A stretch of DNA of 64,000 nucleotides from a virus, in IMG/VR virus record IMGVR_UViG_3300046355_000213, positions 61,035 to 125,034 of that record, one strand, 5' to 3'. Under the pieces are notes generated by a model, which saw only the letters and a program-made list of their open reading frames with translations, searched no databases and was not told the origin of the DNA. Numbering within the stretch: the first letter of the stretch is position 1; the number at the start of each line of letters is the position of its first letter. The position numbers and the translations under genes are program-made. This document shows positions 20,661 through 31,100 of the stretch, one piece after another.

Positions 20661-21011
20661 TTAACAGGCTCCAAAAGGTCCATACCAGTTATCTCCTTCA
20701 CTTCCTGGTGGCGGTGTATTTCCATCTCTAACACAAATTGGACCTGATGATTCACCAGGAGATAGTTGAAAGCTTGCACCGTATCCGTCACATCCAACAT
20801 ATATAAAAGTTTCCATTGGTCCCCAAGGATCTCCAGAGTTTTGAGTTTCCCAATAGTGACAGGTTACATTAGAATATCCGTAGAACTCACTCATAGCATC
20901 AGGAGTACTCTTACCTGCTGCAGCACTAAGAGCTCGCAGAGAATTTGATGATGAACCAAGCTCTGCTTTTATTTGGGAGATGCTTATAGCACCAGAAGAT
21001 TGTAAAGCCAT
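20661..21011 (-). CDS. Small fibre-tip/adhesin-like protein
   Basis: MALQSSGAISISQIKAELG N-terminus, directly after an S74-bearing fibre; Cys-containing C-terminus. Confidence 0.55.
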   Translation of the reverse strand: MALQSSGAISISQIKAELGSSSNSLRALSAAAGKSTPDAMSEFYGYSNVTCHYWETQNSGDPWGPMETFIYVGCDGYGASFQLSPGESSGPICVRDGNTPPPGSEGDNWYGPFGAC

Positions 21012-21012
21012 A

Positions 21013-24000
21013 TTACTTTGCCAACAATTGTTTAACCAGGTCTTTTAGTTCTGCTATCTCTGACTGCTGAGCTTCAACTTGAACTTGCTGCTCTTTTATA
21101 GCCTCAATAAGAAGAGGAACAATCTTTTCATACTTTACAGTTAAGAAGTTCTGCCCTGACTTACTATAGTTCTTCCCATCTTTATCATGACCTTGATCAA
21201 AAGGAGCTAACTTAACTGCTTCAGGAAGTACGGCTTGGACGTCTTGTGCAAATACCCCTGCCTCTCTTGCTTCTGTATCTGGAGTCCATCCGTGCTGACT
21301 ACCTACTTCATTCCATTGATAGGTCATACCTGTTAATGAATTAACTTTTTCTAAAGCATTCTCAATAGGTTGTACTTTATGTTTAAGACGTCTATCAGAT
21401 GCGTATGCAATAATGTCGTAGTATCCTCTAAAGTTTTGATCACCATCATGGAAACTAGCTGTGATTGTACCCCAGTCAGAGTTGTTGTATATTCTTATAC
21501 CGCCATAGTTCCAGTAAGCTCCCATCTTAATACCGGTATGGTAACCTATACATAAGTCAGGATAAGGATAACCCCAGGCACCACCTTGTTGATATATAGC
21601 ATAACCAGGAGCACTGTTCTGTCCACTATCTCCTCCCACTCCATTAAAATATAAAGTAGTTGTATTTAAGTTAGAGCCTACAGATACATTTGTAGCTGAT
21701 AAAGTACCTGAACTTGATTGTATTTGTACCGCATTACAAGAATATAAATGTGATGGATCTCCTGCAGCCCAAACAACATTGTATGATGCTGAATCTGTTC
21801 TTCCTGAATAATGATCAGTATGAGTGGCAACATTTGCCCTTCCGGTAATACTTATTCCCCAACTACCACCATTATTCTCAACTAATCTATTACCATTAGC
21901 AAAAGCAGACCCGTTGGCAGTAATAGTACCTCTAGCCCAAATATTAGATGAAATAGCGGAATAAGTTACACCATTCACCATAACCATCATACCATGGTCA
22001 TTAAGGTATCCTGCCTGCCCCCCTGCATTAGGGTGCCCCCAAGAAATACCATATAAGTTTCCAGGAGATGTTCCATCAATGGCTAGTTTATAAGCATTAC
22101 CCATTGAGTAAACTCCTTGAAATCTAGTAGATGAATATACACCAACTATAGAGTTGCCATAATTATTATCCATAATTAAGTCACCTCCACTAGTCATTCT
22201 CATAATCCAACCTCTAGAGTTATTAAGGAAGCCTATCTCATTACTGCTATTTGCGTATACGTATCCTCTATTAGTACCATTAGTGTTTAGAACTAATGAA
22301 GAAGCCCCATCACTTCCAGAACGAACATACATATCACTAGCATCTTTTGGATAAAAATGCCAGCCGTTATTAGGCCAATGGAGACCAGTGCTGTTATCCA
22401 TGTGATAAGCCCAACCTGTATTTCTTGTACCATCAGACCCTGTATAAAGTCTTGTACTACCATTAAAAGATAATGTGTTTACATATGTTGTATAATTACT
22501 ACTATTTAAGTAATACACCCATCCACCAAAACTACCTCCAGATATACTTCTTGTAGCTAATCTATTAGGATTATCTTCCCATCCCCATGCTACTTGTACA
22601 CCCCATAAATTACTTGCATTTGTATGCCTAAAGTTTTGTTGTATCCACCAAGAACCTCCTGGACCATTAACGCTATTAGCTCCTACATCTCCACCATAAT
22701 TAGCAGTACCAGCAGGAGTAGAACTAAAGTCATTATTCCATGAACCAGTAGAACCCCTTTGATTAATATAGTTACCACTGTTTAAATATGTTGCATAACC
22801 TGAGACATTTGTCTGATCACCTGTATTTGTACCAGAAGATGATCCGCTAAAGTTTGCTGCATTCCAGTTACCAGCATCATCTGCCCAAGCTCCCCATGCT
22901 CCCGCTTGTGTTAAGAAACCAATTCGATTAGAGTTACAATGTATTTCACGTTGCCCCTCATCACTATCAGACATGTAAATAGAACTAGATGAACCAGCTC
23001 CTGTTACTGTAAGATATCCACCTACATTTAAACTACCAGGTGTACTTGTGTTACCTGATGCATCTAATAATGTAAGAGTTCTAGTAAGAGAACTAAATAC
23101 ACCAGTATACTGTCTTACATAAATAGGTTCTGTACCATCATCAGCTGTAGCTATCTCAGCCCATCCTGCATTAGATGAACCGCCAACTCTTATTCTAAAG
23201 AAGTCATTATCTGCTACAGTTGAGTATACTAAGTTTGCCTCTGAACCACCGGCAACTGTTTGGCTAATTGCTGCAGCTGTACCAGATGATGTTATATATC
23301 CACTAGGGTTAGTTGAATTATATGGGGTATATCCAAGAGCCGTTGTTACGTTAGCAGATGTAATACCGGTGATGTACCCTGAAGGATTTGTATTATTATA
23401 AGGCGTGTATCCTAGAGCTGTAGTTACATCAGCAGAACTAAGTGTAATAGCACCAGTACGAGTATTGAAGCTTGTTACACCTGCAGCAATAGACCAGGAT
23501 CTATCTGCAGATAAGTCATAGGCTGTGCCGTTGATTGTAATGGTTCTAGCATTAGTAACTGGCGTATATCCCAAAGCAGTTGTTACCTGACTAGATGTAA
23601 TACCTGTTAGATAAGTATTGCCATCAACAGATCCGTCAGCCTTTAGGAACTGAGCTGCCGTACCACCACTCTTTATGAAGGATGCTGCTGTTAGGTTATT
23701 AGTAAACTCAGCATTACCTGTAGTATAAATCTTAAATCTTCCTACAGAGTTAGTGACGTCATATACTGTAAAGGTACCATCCGTGTTACTGATGAAGTAA
23801 TCCGGGTTGTTGTCCGTATCTGTAAAGTAAAGACGCGGGTTGATGCCAGATAAAGTCAGATCTCCTGTTAGTGTGCCCCCTGTTAAAGCAAGCTTTCCTC
23901 CTATAGAGGTAGCAATAGTCGTAGCAAAGTTAGGATCATCTCCCAGGGCTGCTGCCAGTTCATTAAGGGTATCTAACGTACTCGGAGCTGCATCTACCAG

Positions 24001-24213
24001 GGCCGCTATAGCTGACGTTACAGAAGCAGAAGTAGCATAGGATAGTGATCCTACATAAGTACGAATCCACGCTGTTGTAGCCGCCTTAGCAGAGTTATCT
24101 GAGGATGCCGGTTCTGTACCCAAAGTCAATGAGCCAGGTATCACAATGTGACCATCATCATCGTAGGTGACAATGTTGTATAGGTGGGAGGTTTTCCTAC
24201 TCTTGTTCATCAT
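21013..24213 (-). CDS. Tail fibre with C-terminal peptidase S74 intramolecular chaperone
   Basis: APSTLDTLNELAAALGDDPNFATT fibre motif; ASDRRLK...ALEKVNSLTG...GVFAQDV...YEKIVPLLIEAIKE S74 motif. Confidence 0.9.
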   Translation of the reverse strand: MMNKSRKTSHLYNIVTYDDDGHIVIPGSLTLGTEPASSDNSAKAATTAWIRTYVGSLSYATSASVTSAIAALVDAAPSTLDTLNELAAALGDDPNFATTIATSIGGKLALTGGTLTGDLTLSGINPRLYFTDTDNNPDYFISNTDGTFTVYDVTNSVGRFKIYTTGNAEFTNNLTAASFIKSGGTAAQFLKADGSVDGNTYLTGITSSQVTTALGYTPVTNARTITINGTAYDLSADRSWSIAAGVTSFNTRTGAITLSSADVTTALGYTPYNNTNPSGYITGITSANVTTALGYTPYNSTNPSGYITSSGTAAAISQTVAGGSEANLVYSTVADNDFFRIRVGGSSNAGWAEIATADDGTEPIYVRQYTGVFSSLTRTLTLLDASGNTSTPGSLNVGGYLTVTGAGSSSSIYMSDSDEGQREIHCNSNRIGFLTQAGAWGAWADDAGNWNAANFSGSSSGTNTGDQTNVSGYATYLNSGNYINQRGSTGSWNNDFSSTPAGTANYGGDVGANSVNGPGGSWWIQQNFRHTNASNLWGVQVAWGWEDNPNRLATRSISGGSFGGWVYYLNSSNYTTYVNTLSFNGSTRLYTGSDGTRNTGWAYHMDNSTGLHWPNNGWHFYPKDASDMYVRSGSDGASSLVLNTNGTNRGYVYANSSNEIGFLNNSRGWIMRMTSGGDLIMDNNYGNSIVGVYSSTRFQGVYSMGNAYKLAIDGTSPGNLYGISWGHPNAGGQAGYLNDHGMMVMVNGVTYSAISSNIWARGTITANGSAFANGNRLVENNGGSWGISITGRANVATHTDHYSGRTDSASYNVVWAAGDPSHLYSCNAVQIQSSSGTLSATNVSVGSNLNTTTLYFNGVGGDSGQNSAPGYAIYQQGGAWGYPYPDLCIGYHTGIKMGAYWNYGGIRIYNNSDWGTITASFHDGDQNFRGYYDIIAYASDRRLKHKVQPIENALEKVNSLTGMTYQWNEVGSQHGWTPDTEAREAGVFAQDVQAVLPEAVKLAPFDQGHDKDGKNYSKSGQNFLTVKYEKIVPLLIEAIKEQQVQVEAQQSEIAELKDLVKQLLAK

Positions 24214-24231
24214 AACTAATTCAGTATAGGG

Positions 24232-24246
24232 TACATTATAATATAC
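24232..24246 (-). promoter_or_regulatory. Late promoter motif GTATATTATAATGTA
   Basis: Exact consensus copy upstream of the 24213 start. Confidence 0.7.
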
Positions 24247-24270
24247 CTAAAAATGTTGTACTTATCGTTA

Positions 24271-26139
24271 TTACTCTAATCTTAAGAAATAAATGGTTCC
24301 GTATGCTGTATTACCACCGCTGTAATATGAGGTACATCTTACTAATAAAGAATAAGTACCGTTAGCACTGCTAGTAGTAAACTCAAAACCACCAGTGTTC
24401 CATCCGTTATCTTGATAACTAACTACTCCAAAATTGGATACACCATAACCAGGAGAAGTCATAGCCATCATATAGTTGGCTGTATCTTTAGAAGCTGCAT
24501 CTCCAAGTGTTACCCAGAAATAGCCTTTAACATCATTGATGTTTGATAATATAGTTCGCCAGTTATTATCGCATGGAGATGTTATATTAATACTACTATA
24601 ACCTAAAGGAATACCGCCTGCAGATGGAGAACCTGCAGACACACTTGCCCATCCTTCAGGCTTTAAGTTTCTTCCAAATACAGTATCTGTAGAATAAATA
24701 TTTCCCGATACTTGGAGTCTATGAGAGGGAGATGCTGTTCCTATACCTACGTTAGCTACACCATTTACAACTAATGCAGTAGCATTTACCTGCCCTCCAC
24801 CTGGACTATAAACCTGTAAAGCTAAATAATCACTTCCGCTAGAAGTGCTTCCAGTATGCTGGAACTGATAAGCAAATCTACTAGAATCATATATTAATCC
24901 AGTTGCAACTTTTCTGTTCCAAGCAAGTGAGGCGCTACCTATTGATACTTTTTCTGTTTGGGGTCCAAATACAACCTCGCCAGCTACATCTAATTTGTCT
25001 GTTGGTGAAATTGTTCCAATACCAATATTACCACCTACTGGGTTTAAAAGTAGATTATAAGAAGTTGCTGCATCGTTACGCATTTGTTGAATCCAACCTG
25101 TTCCACTATTACCATCTAAGCCAAAATACATTCCCCACAACGTGTTTGCAGATGATAAAAGTAAATTCGAGCTTGTATTATTACTACCTAGTATTGGATA
25201 TCCACCATTTATAGCAGACTGTAATAATGTTTTTGGTGAGCTTGTTCCTATACCAACTTTACCGTCACTATGAATACGCATATGCTCAGAGCCATCAATT
25301 CCTAGTTTTATAGGTTGTCCGTATGAAGTAATTAACATAGGTCTTCCACCACTACTTTCAATTCGGTTATGAACCGTGTCCCATTGACCAAACTGCAGGT
25401 TACCTCCGGTAGAACTCTGGATTCTAAAAGCAGTCTCTGAAGTATATAGATGAAGTAACCCTGTTGGACTACTTGTTCCTATGCCTACATTGCCACCAAA
25501 AGGGTTAATAGCCGTAGTAACGTTACCAAGAGAGTTAATCCCCATGTAATTACCGCTTCTACCCCACCAGATGTCACCTTTGATGGTAGTATTATCATAG
25601 AGTCTTACAAAAGGATCTCCGCTAGTAATTGTAGAAACTCCAATACCTCTGCTACCTGTACCGCTAATCATTAACTGTTCGTTAGTTAACGACCCTAAAT
25701 AAAGATTAGTAGCAGTGACTGAACTAGAAAACGTGGCTGCACGATTAGCTGCTATAGTAAGAGCAGCACTTCCTCCATTTTCAATATGGAGATCAGAGCC
25801 GTTTGAGTAAATTGTAGCATACGTAGTAGACCCATTATTAGACTGAAAACGTAATGCAGAATAATTATCTCCACTTCTACCTCTTAAAGCTATTGCTGTA
25901 GAAGAAGAAGGAGCAATAACTGATAATGTGTCAGTAAACGTAGCACTTGTACCAGATAAAGAACCAGTTAACGTACCACCTGATAAAGGAAGCTTAGTAG
26001 CTACCTGAGTACCTACATAAGACTGTGTAGCATAGGTTGCACCACCCGGACCTATAAGAGATCCGGTTAACACAATGTTACCGCTACCATCTACTGAGAG
26101 GTAATTAATAAGAGAGGCAAGGTTTGTATTCTTTGACAT
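24271..26139 (-). CDS. Tail fibre / receptor-binding protein
   Basis: Four GxVGIGTxxP-type repeats; LPLSGGTLTG motif. Confidence 0.8.
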   Translation of the reverse strand: MSKNTNLASLINYLSVDGSGNIVLTGSLIGPGGATYATQSYVGTQVATKLPLSGGTLTGSLSGTSATFTDTLSVIAPSSSTAIALRGRSGDNYSALRFQSNNGSTTYATIYSNGSDLHIENGGSAALTIAANRAATFSSSVTATNLYLGSLTNEQLMISGTGSRGIGVSTITSGDPFVRLYDNTTIKGDIWWGRSGNYMGINSLGNVTTAINPFGGNVGIGTSSPTGLLHLYTSETAFRIQSSTGGNLQFGQWDTVHNRIESSGGRPMLITSYGQPIKLGIDGSEHMRIHSDGKVGIGTSSPKTLLQSAINGGYPILGSNNTSSNLLLSSANTLWGMYFGLDGNSGTGWIQQMRNDAATSYNLLLNPVGGNIGIGTISPTDKLDVAGEVVFGPQTEKVSIGSASLAWNRKVATGLIYDSSRFAYQFQHTGSTSSGSDYLALQVYSPGGGQVNATALVVNGVANVGIGTASPSHRLQVSGNIYSTDTVFGRNLKPEGWASVSAGSPSAGGIPLGYSSINITSPCDNNWRTILSNINDVKGYFWVTLGDAASKDTANYMMAMTSPGYGVSNFGVVSYQDNGWNTGGFEFTTSSANGTYSLLVRCTSYYSGGNTAYGTIYFLRLE

Positions 26140-26154
26140 GTGTTATTTAGCTAA

Positions 26155-27786
26155 TTATAAAAACTGTACAATGATATCATCAGGATTAATCTGATAACCG
26201 TTACCACATGAAATATCCACAGTTACTGATGGGTGTATCATATATACTCCTGAAAAAGTCCATGTTGCTCCTTGCGTTCCTCCATCTGGCGAAGCTGCAG
26301 TTAAAGACATAGATGGGCCATTACCAGCATTTATAGAATTAACATGACTACTAAACCCAGGGTTAGAATAATAAGCTCCTGCGGTATGATATGATCCACC
26401 TGCAGATGCTAACTTAATATCATAAGTAACAGAGCCCCAGTCACGTTTATTAAAGATTACTTTAACTTGATTAAAACCTCCTGCTTGTCCATGGACAGTC
26501 ATTACTTTTCTCCAAGTCTGGGAATAATTAGAAATAGCAACAGGTCCTACAACATGAAGTCTGGCAGCAGGGCTTGTAATACCTACACCTACGTTGCCTC
26601 CATTAGTAATCCGCATACGTTCGCCATTAGTAAAATTTGCTGCATTGGTAACAAAAAGAATATCAGCAGCTTGAGCTGAAGCTAAAGCAATAGCATTGTT
26701 AGAAGTGCTTATTCCATCTGTTCCCAACCAGTTAGCTTGACCTAGGTAAAGTCTAACACCTCCACTATTTGATATATTAATTCCACCACCACCCGTTCTT
26801 CCACTGTCAAAACGAGCAATAGAGCCTCCTGAAGTATAAATATCTAGGGGGAATCCTGGTGTAGTAGTTCCAATACCTACATTACCTTGACCGTTTACCG
26901 TAAAGTAAGTAACATTATTAGCTTGGTTATTTACTCTGAAAGCTACATCATTTAAGTTAGTGCCCCCTCTAACAATCATACCAAAGGAACCACTAGCAGT
27001 ACTATGGGCGGTAGCAGAAATTGCCCAGTTGTTAGCAATACCTTGAACCTCCAATCTATTGCTTGCGTCTGTTGTTGTACCTAGTAATAAATTACCTAGC
27101 CCATTAATTCTAAACCTTTCAGCAGTTGTGCCGCCTCCGTCACTTACCAGGAATCTGATATTATTGTTAACTGAACTACCATCTGAGTGAGTGTGAGCAA
27201 TTTGATGCTTTCTTACTGTAGCATAGCCAGCCTCGGTAAATGTCATATCTCCAGTAATATGAAGCTGACTTTGTGGATTAATTAGACCTATACCAACATT
27301 ATTAGCGTTAGTAATAACCATCCCAATACTGCCTGCTACATAGTTATAAAACTGTAAATACCCTGTTGAGGTGTTGTACGCTATATTAAATTTGTTTACA
27401 TCAGACTGCTGAAAAACTAAAGAAGACTGACTGGCTGAGTTAAGCCAAATCTCATTTTGAAATTTAGCTGCTCCGTTAACATCAAGCTTATATCCAGGAG
27501 AAGTTTGTCCTATACCTACATTTCCGGTGGTTCCATTAATGACAATACCTAAAGCAAGACCTCTTAGATGCAGATCATGATAGGTACCTCCTGTCTGTTT
27601 ATAGGATACTATTTGAGCAATGTTATCAGAGTCCTGTATAACCACCCCCGCTGTAGTCATGTCAAAGGCTCCTTGACCTACTGTATGTAAGGCTCTTTGT
27701 GGGGCAGTAGTACCTATACCAATCCTACCTGATGAATCTACATTCAGGAAGTTAGTCAGGCTATATAGGTTAGATATCTTTGTCAT
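26155..27786 (-). CDS. Tail fibre / receptor-binding protein
   Basis: Several GNVGIGTTxP and ERMRI repeats. Confidence 0.8.
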   Translation of the reverse strand: MTKISNLYSLTNFLNVDSSGRIGIGTTAPQRALHTVGQGAFDMTTAGVVIQDSDNIAQIVSYKQTGGTYHDLHLRGLALGIVINGTTGNVGIGQTSPGYKLDVNGAAKFQNEIWLNSASQSSLVFQQSDVNKFNIAYNTSTGYLQFYNYVAGSIGMVITNANNVGIGLINPQSQLHITGDMTFTEAGYATVRKHQIAHTHSDGSSVNNNIRFLVSDGGGTTAERFRINGLGNLLLGTTTDASNRLEVQGIANNWAISATAHSTASGSFGMIVRGGTNLNDVAFRVNNQANNVTYFTVNGQGNVGIGTTTPGFPLDIYTSGGSIARFDSGRTGGGGINISNSGGVRLYLGQANWLGTDGISTSNNAIALASAQAADILFVTNAANFTNGERMRITNGGNVGVGITSPAARLHVVGPVAISNYSQTWRKVMTVHGQAGGFNQVKVIFNKRDWGSVTYDIKLASAGGSYHTAGAYYSNPGFSSHVNSINAGNGPSMSLTAASPDGGTQGATWTFSGVYMIHPSVTVDISCGNGYQINPDDIIVQFL

Positions 27787-27789
27787 GGG

Positions 27790-28149
27790 TTATTTAGTAA
27801 ATGTTTGTGCTATCCAGGATAAAGTAGCTTCATCCCAAGTGTAAGAATTATCAACATCATCAGGACAAGGTGTTGGTGGATTCCACATACATGTTTCATC
27901 ATTCAGTATCCAAGACGGATAAGGTTGAGGAGGAATAAAAGCATCTAAAGCCTCATCATAAGAATAACCTACAGCTGCGTAATTTTTTCTTAACGGAGTT
28001 CCTCCCAAAACATGTATACCTTCTCTTGTATTATAAGATGTCTGAATCCACATAGTTGTGTCTCCAACCGCTCCTGAGTCAATAAATTCTTGATCAGCCA
28101 CAATGACTTGCGTAACTATTCCATTTTCTATTTTTGCAAAGTGTGCCAT
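27790..28149 (-). CDS. Fibre-associated small protein
   Basis: Likely start MAHFAKIENG at 28149, right after the upstream stop; WIQTSYN...AFIPPQPYPSW motif. Confidence 0.65.
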   Translation of the reverse strand: MAHFAKIENGIVTQVIVADQEFIDSGAVGDTTMWIQTSYNTREGIHVLGGTPLRKNYAAVGYSYDEALDAFIPPQPYPSWILNDETCMWNPPTPCPDDVDNSYTWDEATLSWIAQTFTK

Positions 28150-28150
28150 A

Positions 28151-31100
28151 TTATGCTGTAAATGTTCCTGATGATGTAAACGTGTGATAAGTAAATCCTC
28201 CACTAGATGTTACAGTTCCACCTGTTCCTCTTTGTGCTCCAGCGTAGCGAATAATAACTATACCTGAGCCACCATTTTGACCTCCTTGTAAATATCCAGC
28301 TCCTGCAGCACCACCACCTGTTCCTGTGTTAGGATTTCCAGCAGTAGCGTTTTCTCCACCTTCTCCAGTAGTACCGCCACCACCTGTTGATCTTGATCCA
28401 CGACCTCCGTTAACACTATTATTTCCTCCAGCAGCATTGTCTACAACACCAGCACCTCCACCGCCTCCGCCACCACAGGCGTAGACAACTCCGTTGAACC
28501 AGGATAAACCGTTTCCACCTAGACCTCCACGAGAACCAGGTACAGCTGTACCACCTGTAGTATTAGCACCTCCACCTCCGCCTCCTGAACGTGTTGATCC
28601 ATTTGATCCACCGTTGTTTCCTTGGCCTGGAGTTGCTACACCAACTGGATAACTTCCGCTGTCTCCTCCTTTACCTCCACCTGAGCCTCCATTGCTTGCA
28701 CCAGTTGTGTTAGATTCTTCACCTTGTCCTTGTCCTCCACCTATTGATACTAAACCAAAAGCTGAACTGAATGCACCATTAGATCCTGGGAGACCTCCTC
28801 CATCAGCAGCTAATCTACTTATACCACCTGCGCCACCGGCACCGATAACAACACTGTATGTAGATCCTGATGTAACTGCAGAAGCACCGGCTAAATAACC
28901 ACCAGCTCCTCCTCCTGCACCACCGCCACCATAACCATTAGACATCTCGGCTCCGCCTCCTCCTCCGCCTCCTCCAACGATAAGCATATCAATTGCGTAA
29001 AACGTATTTGGTGCATACGTTGTGCTGTCAACAGAACCATCTGCTTTTAAGAACTGTGAAGAGGTGCCGCCAGTTCTGATTATAGAGGTTGCTGTTACAG
29101 AAGATGAAAATACCCCAGCACCACTTTGAGTTATACGAAACCGCTCCACTAAACTTGCAGAAGATCCTGCTGTTCCACTGACTGCAGTTAAAAACTTAAT
29201 CTCTCCTAGTGCAGAATCCAGATGTATACGAGCAGCATACTGAGATACAATATAGTTACCAGAAGATGTTCTGTTACAATCAATGTATCCACTATTTATG
29301 TCGTGCATGAAACCAAATACTCTACCTAACTGTAAAGTGGTGTCTGGAGAAGTAGTAGCAATTCCTATTCTACCTGATGAATCAATACGCATCCGTTCAG
29401 TAGGAGTTGTTGGACCAGCACCTGTTCCTTTTGTCCAGAATGTTAATGCTGTCTGATAGTCAACTGATGAGTTAGTTCTATAAGAACGAATAGCAGACGT
29501 TGCTTTGTCAGTTCCTGATTCAAAGTTTATACCTACATAGTAATTACCATCATTTAGGTTTCTTACAGTTAGTGGAGTGTAATCAATTGGTCCTGCTAAG
29601 TTTGCAGCACCAGCTTTGATAGCACCATTTAATTGTAATAATGTTACACCATCATCTACAGGAAGGAAGCTCGGTCCACCAGGACCCATTAATATTTGTC
29701 CGTTGGATGTTATCTTAATCCCATCTCCTTGATATCCTCCAAGGGCAAGGTCTGTGTTAGCACCTATGGTGACGTTTTCATATCCATACAAAACTGTTCC
29801 ATAAGCTACGCTATGATAGAATTGCATCTTATTGACACCAGCATTTTGTAATGTAATTACTGAATTATTTGTACCATTGATTGTAATACCTCCTCCATTT
29901 GCTCCAGCATTAACTGATGTAGTATTAAATCCATAGAATCCTGTCCCGCTGTCATAAAGTCCACTATTGGCAACAGTGCCGCTTGCAGTAAACTTAGGTA
30001 CATAATTAGCTGTACCGGATCCAGATACTCCTGTAACAGAAGCATTGTACCGGATAGCTTGCACCTGGTCTCCTACTGCTGAAGCAAAGGTTAGTACAAA
30101 AGTAGTTCCGTTGGTAGCTGTAAATTCTGAGCTGGTTAGTTTAGCACCGTTGACAAAGACATCGAGTAACCCAACTGTGTAGCCTCCAGATACCGTAAAG
30201 ATTGTCTGTCCGGCTGTAGCTGTATAGTCAAGTACATCTCTGGATGTAGGCAGTGCAGCAACCGTAGCTGTATAGTTAAGAATGCTTACTATGTCTCCTG
30301 CAACACAGGCTACACCAAGGACTACTGTAGTACCATTTGTAGCTGTAAAATCTGAAGGCGGATACTTAACACCGTTTACGAATACATCTACCAGTCCTAC
30401 TACATATCCACCGGTTATAGTAAACGTAGTCTGACTAGCAGTAGCTGTGAATGTCTGTTCAACACGTGCAGCAGAAGATGGAGCAATCGTCCAGGACCGG
30501 TTAGCTGATAAATCAAAGGCAGTACCATTAATAGTAAGCGTCCGGGATGTTGGTACATACGAAGACAAATCACTTGCCAGAGCCAAAGTACCAGAGGCGT
30601 CAGGCAAAGAATATTCCCTGTATGTTGTTAATAAGTTATTCTTAAGAATAATACCTTTTGTAAATCCACCAAAGAAGAATCCGATTCCATTTGTTCCGTA
30701 AGCATTTACGCTAGTATATCCTGCTGAAGCTGCGTTAATGCTAGTCGCGTGCTCAAAATATAATCCTCCACCTATACTTCCTGTTTTAGCAAGATAAACA
30801 TAACCACCAAACACACCATAAGAACCTAGTTGAATTCCACTGGTTGCTCCGTTATAAGGAACATACGCAGTGTTGTCATAAGATATAGTCGTACCTGATA
30901 TCTTAACAAAACCAGTTCCTGATAAAGATGCCTGTTTAGCATTAAGTGCTGTCTGTAAATCAGTCTGGTTAGACAGGGTCCCTGTAATAGCCCCCCAGGT
31001 ACCGCCTACTGTAGGAGAAACCTCAATGTAGGCAGATCCGCTCCAACGGTAAATTTTATTTTCTGTTAAGTCTACATAGATCTTACCAGCCTCTCCCGTA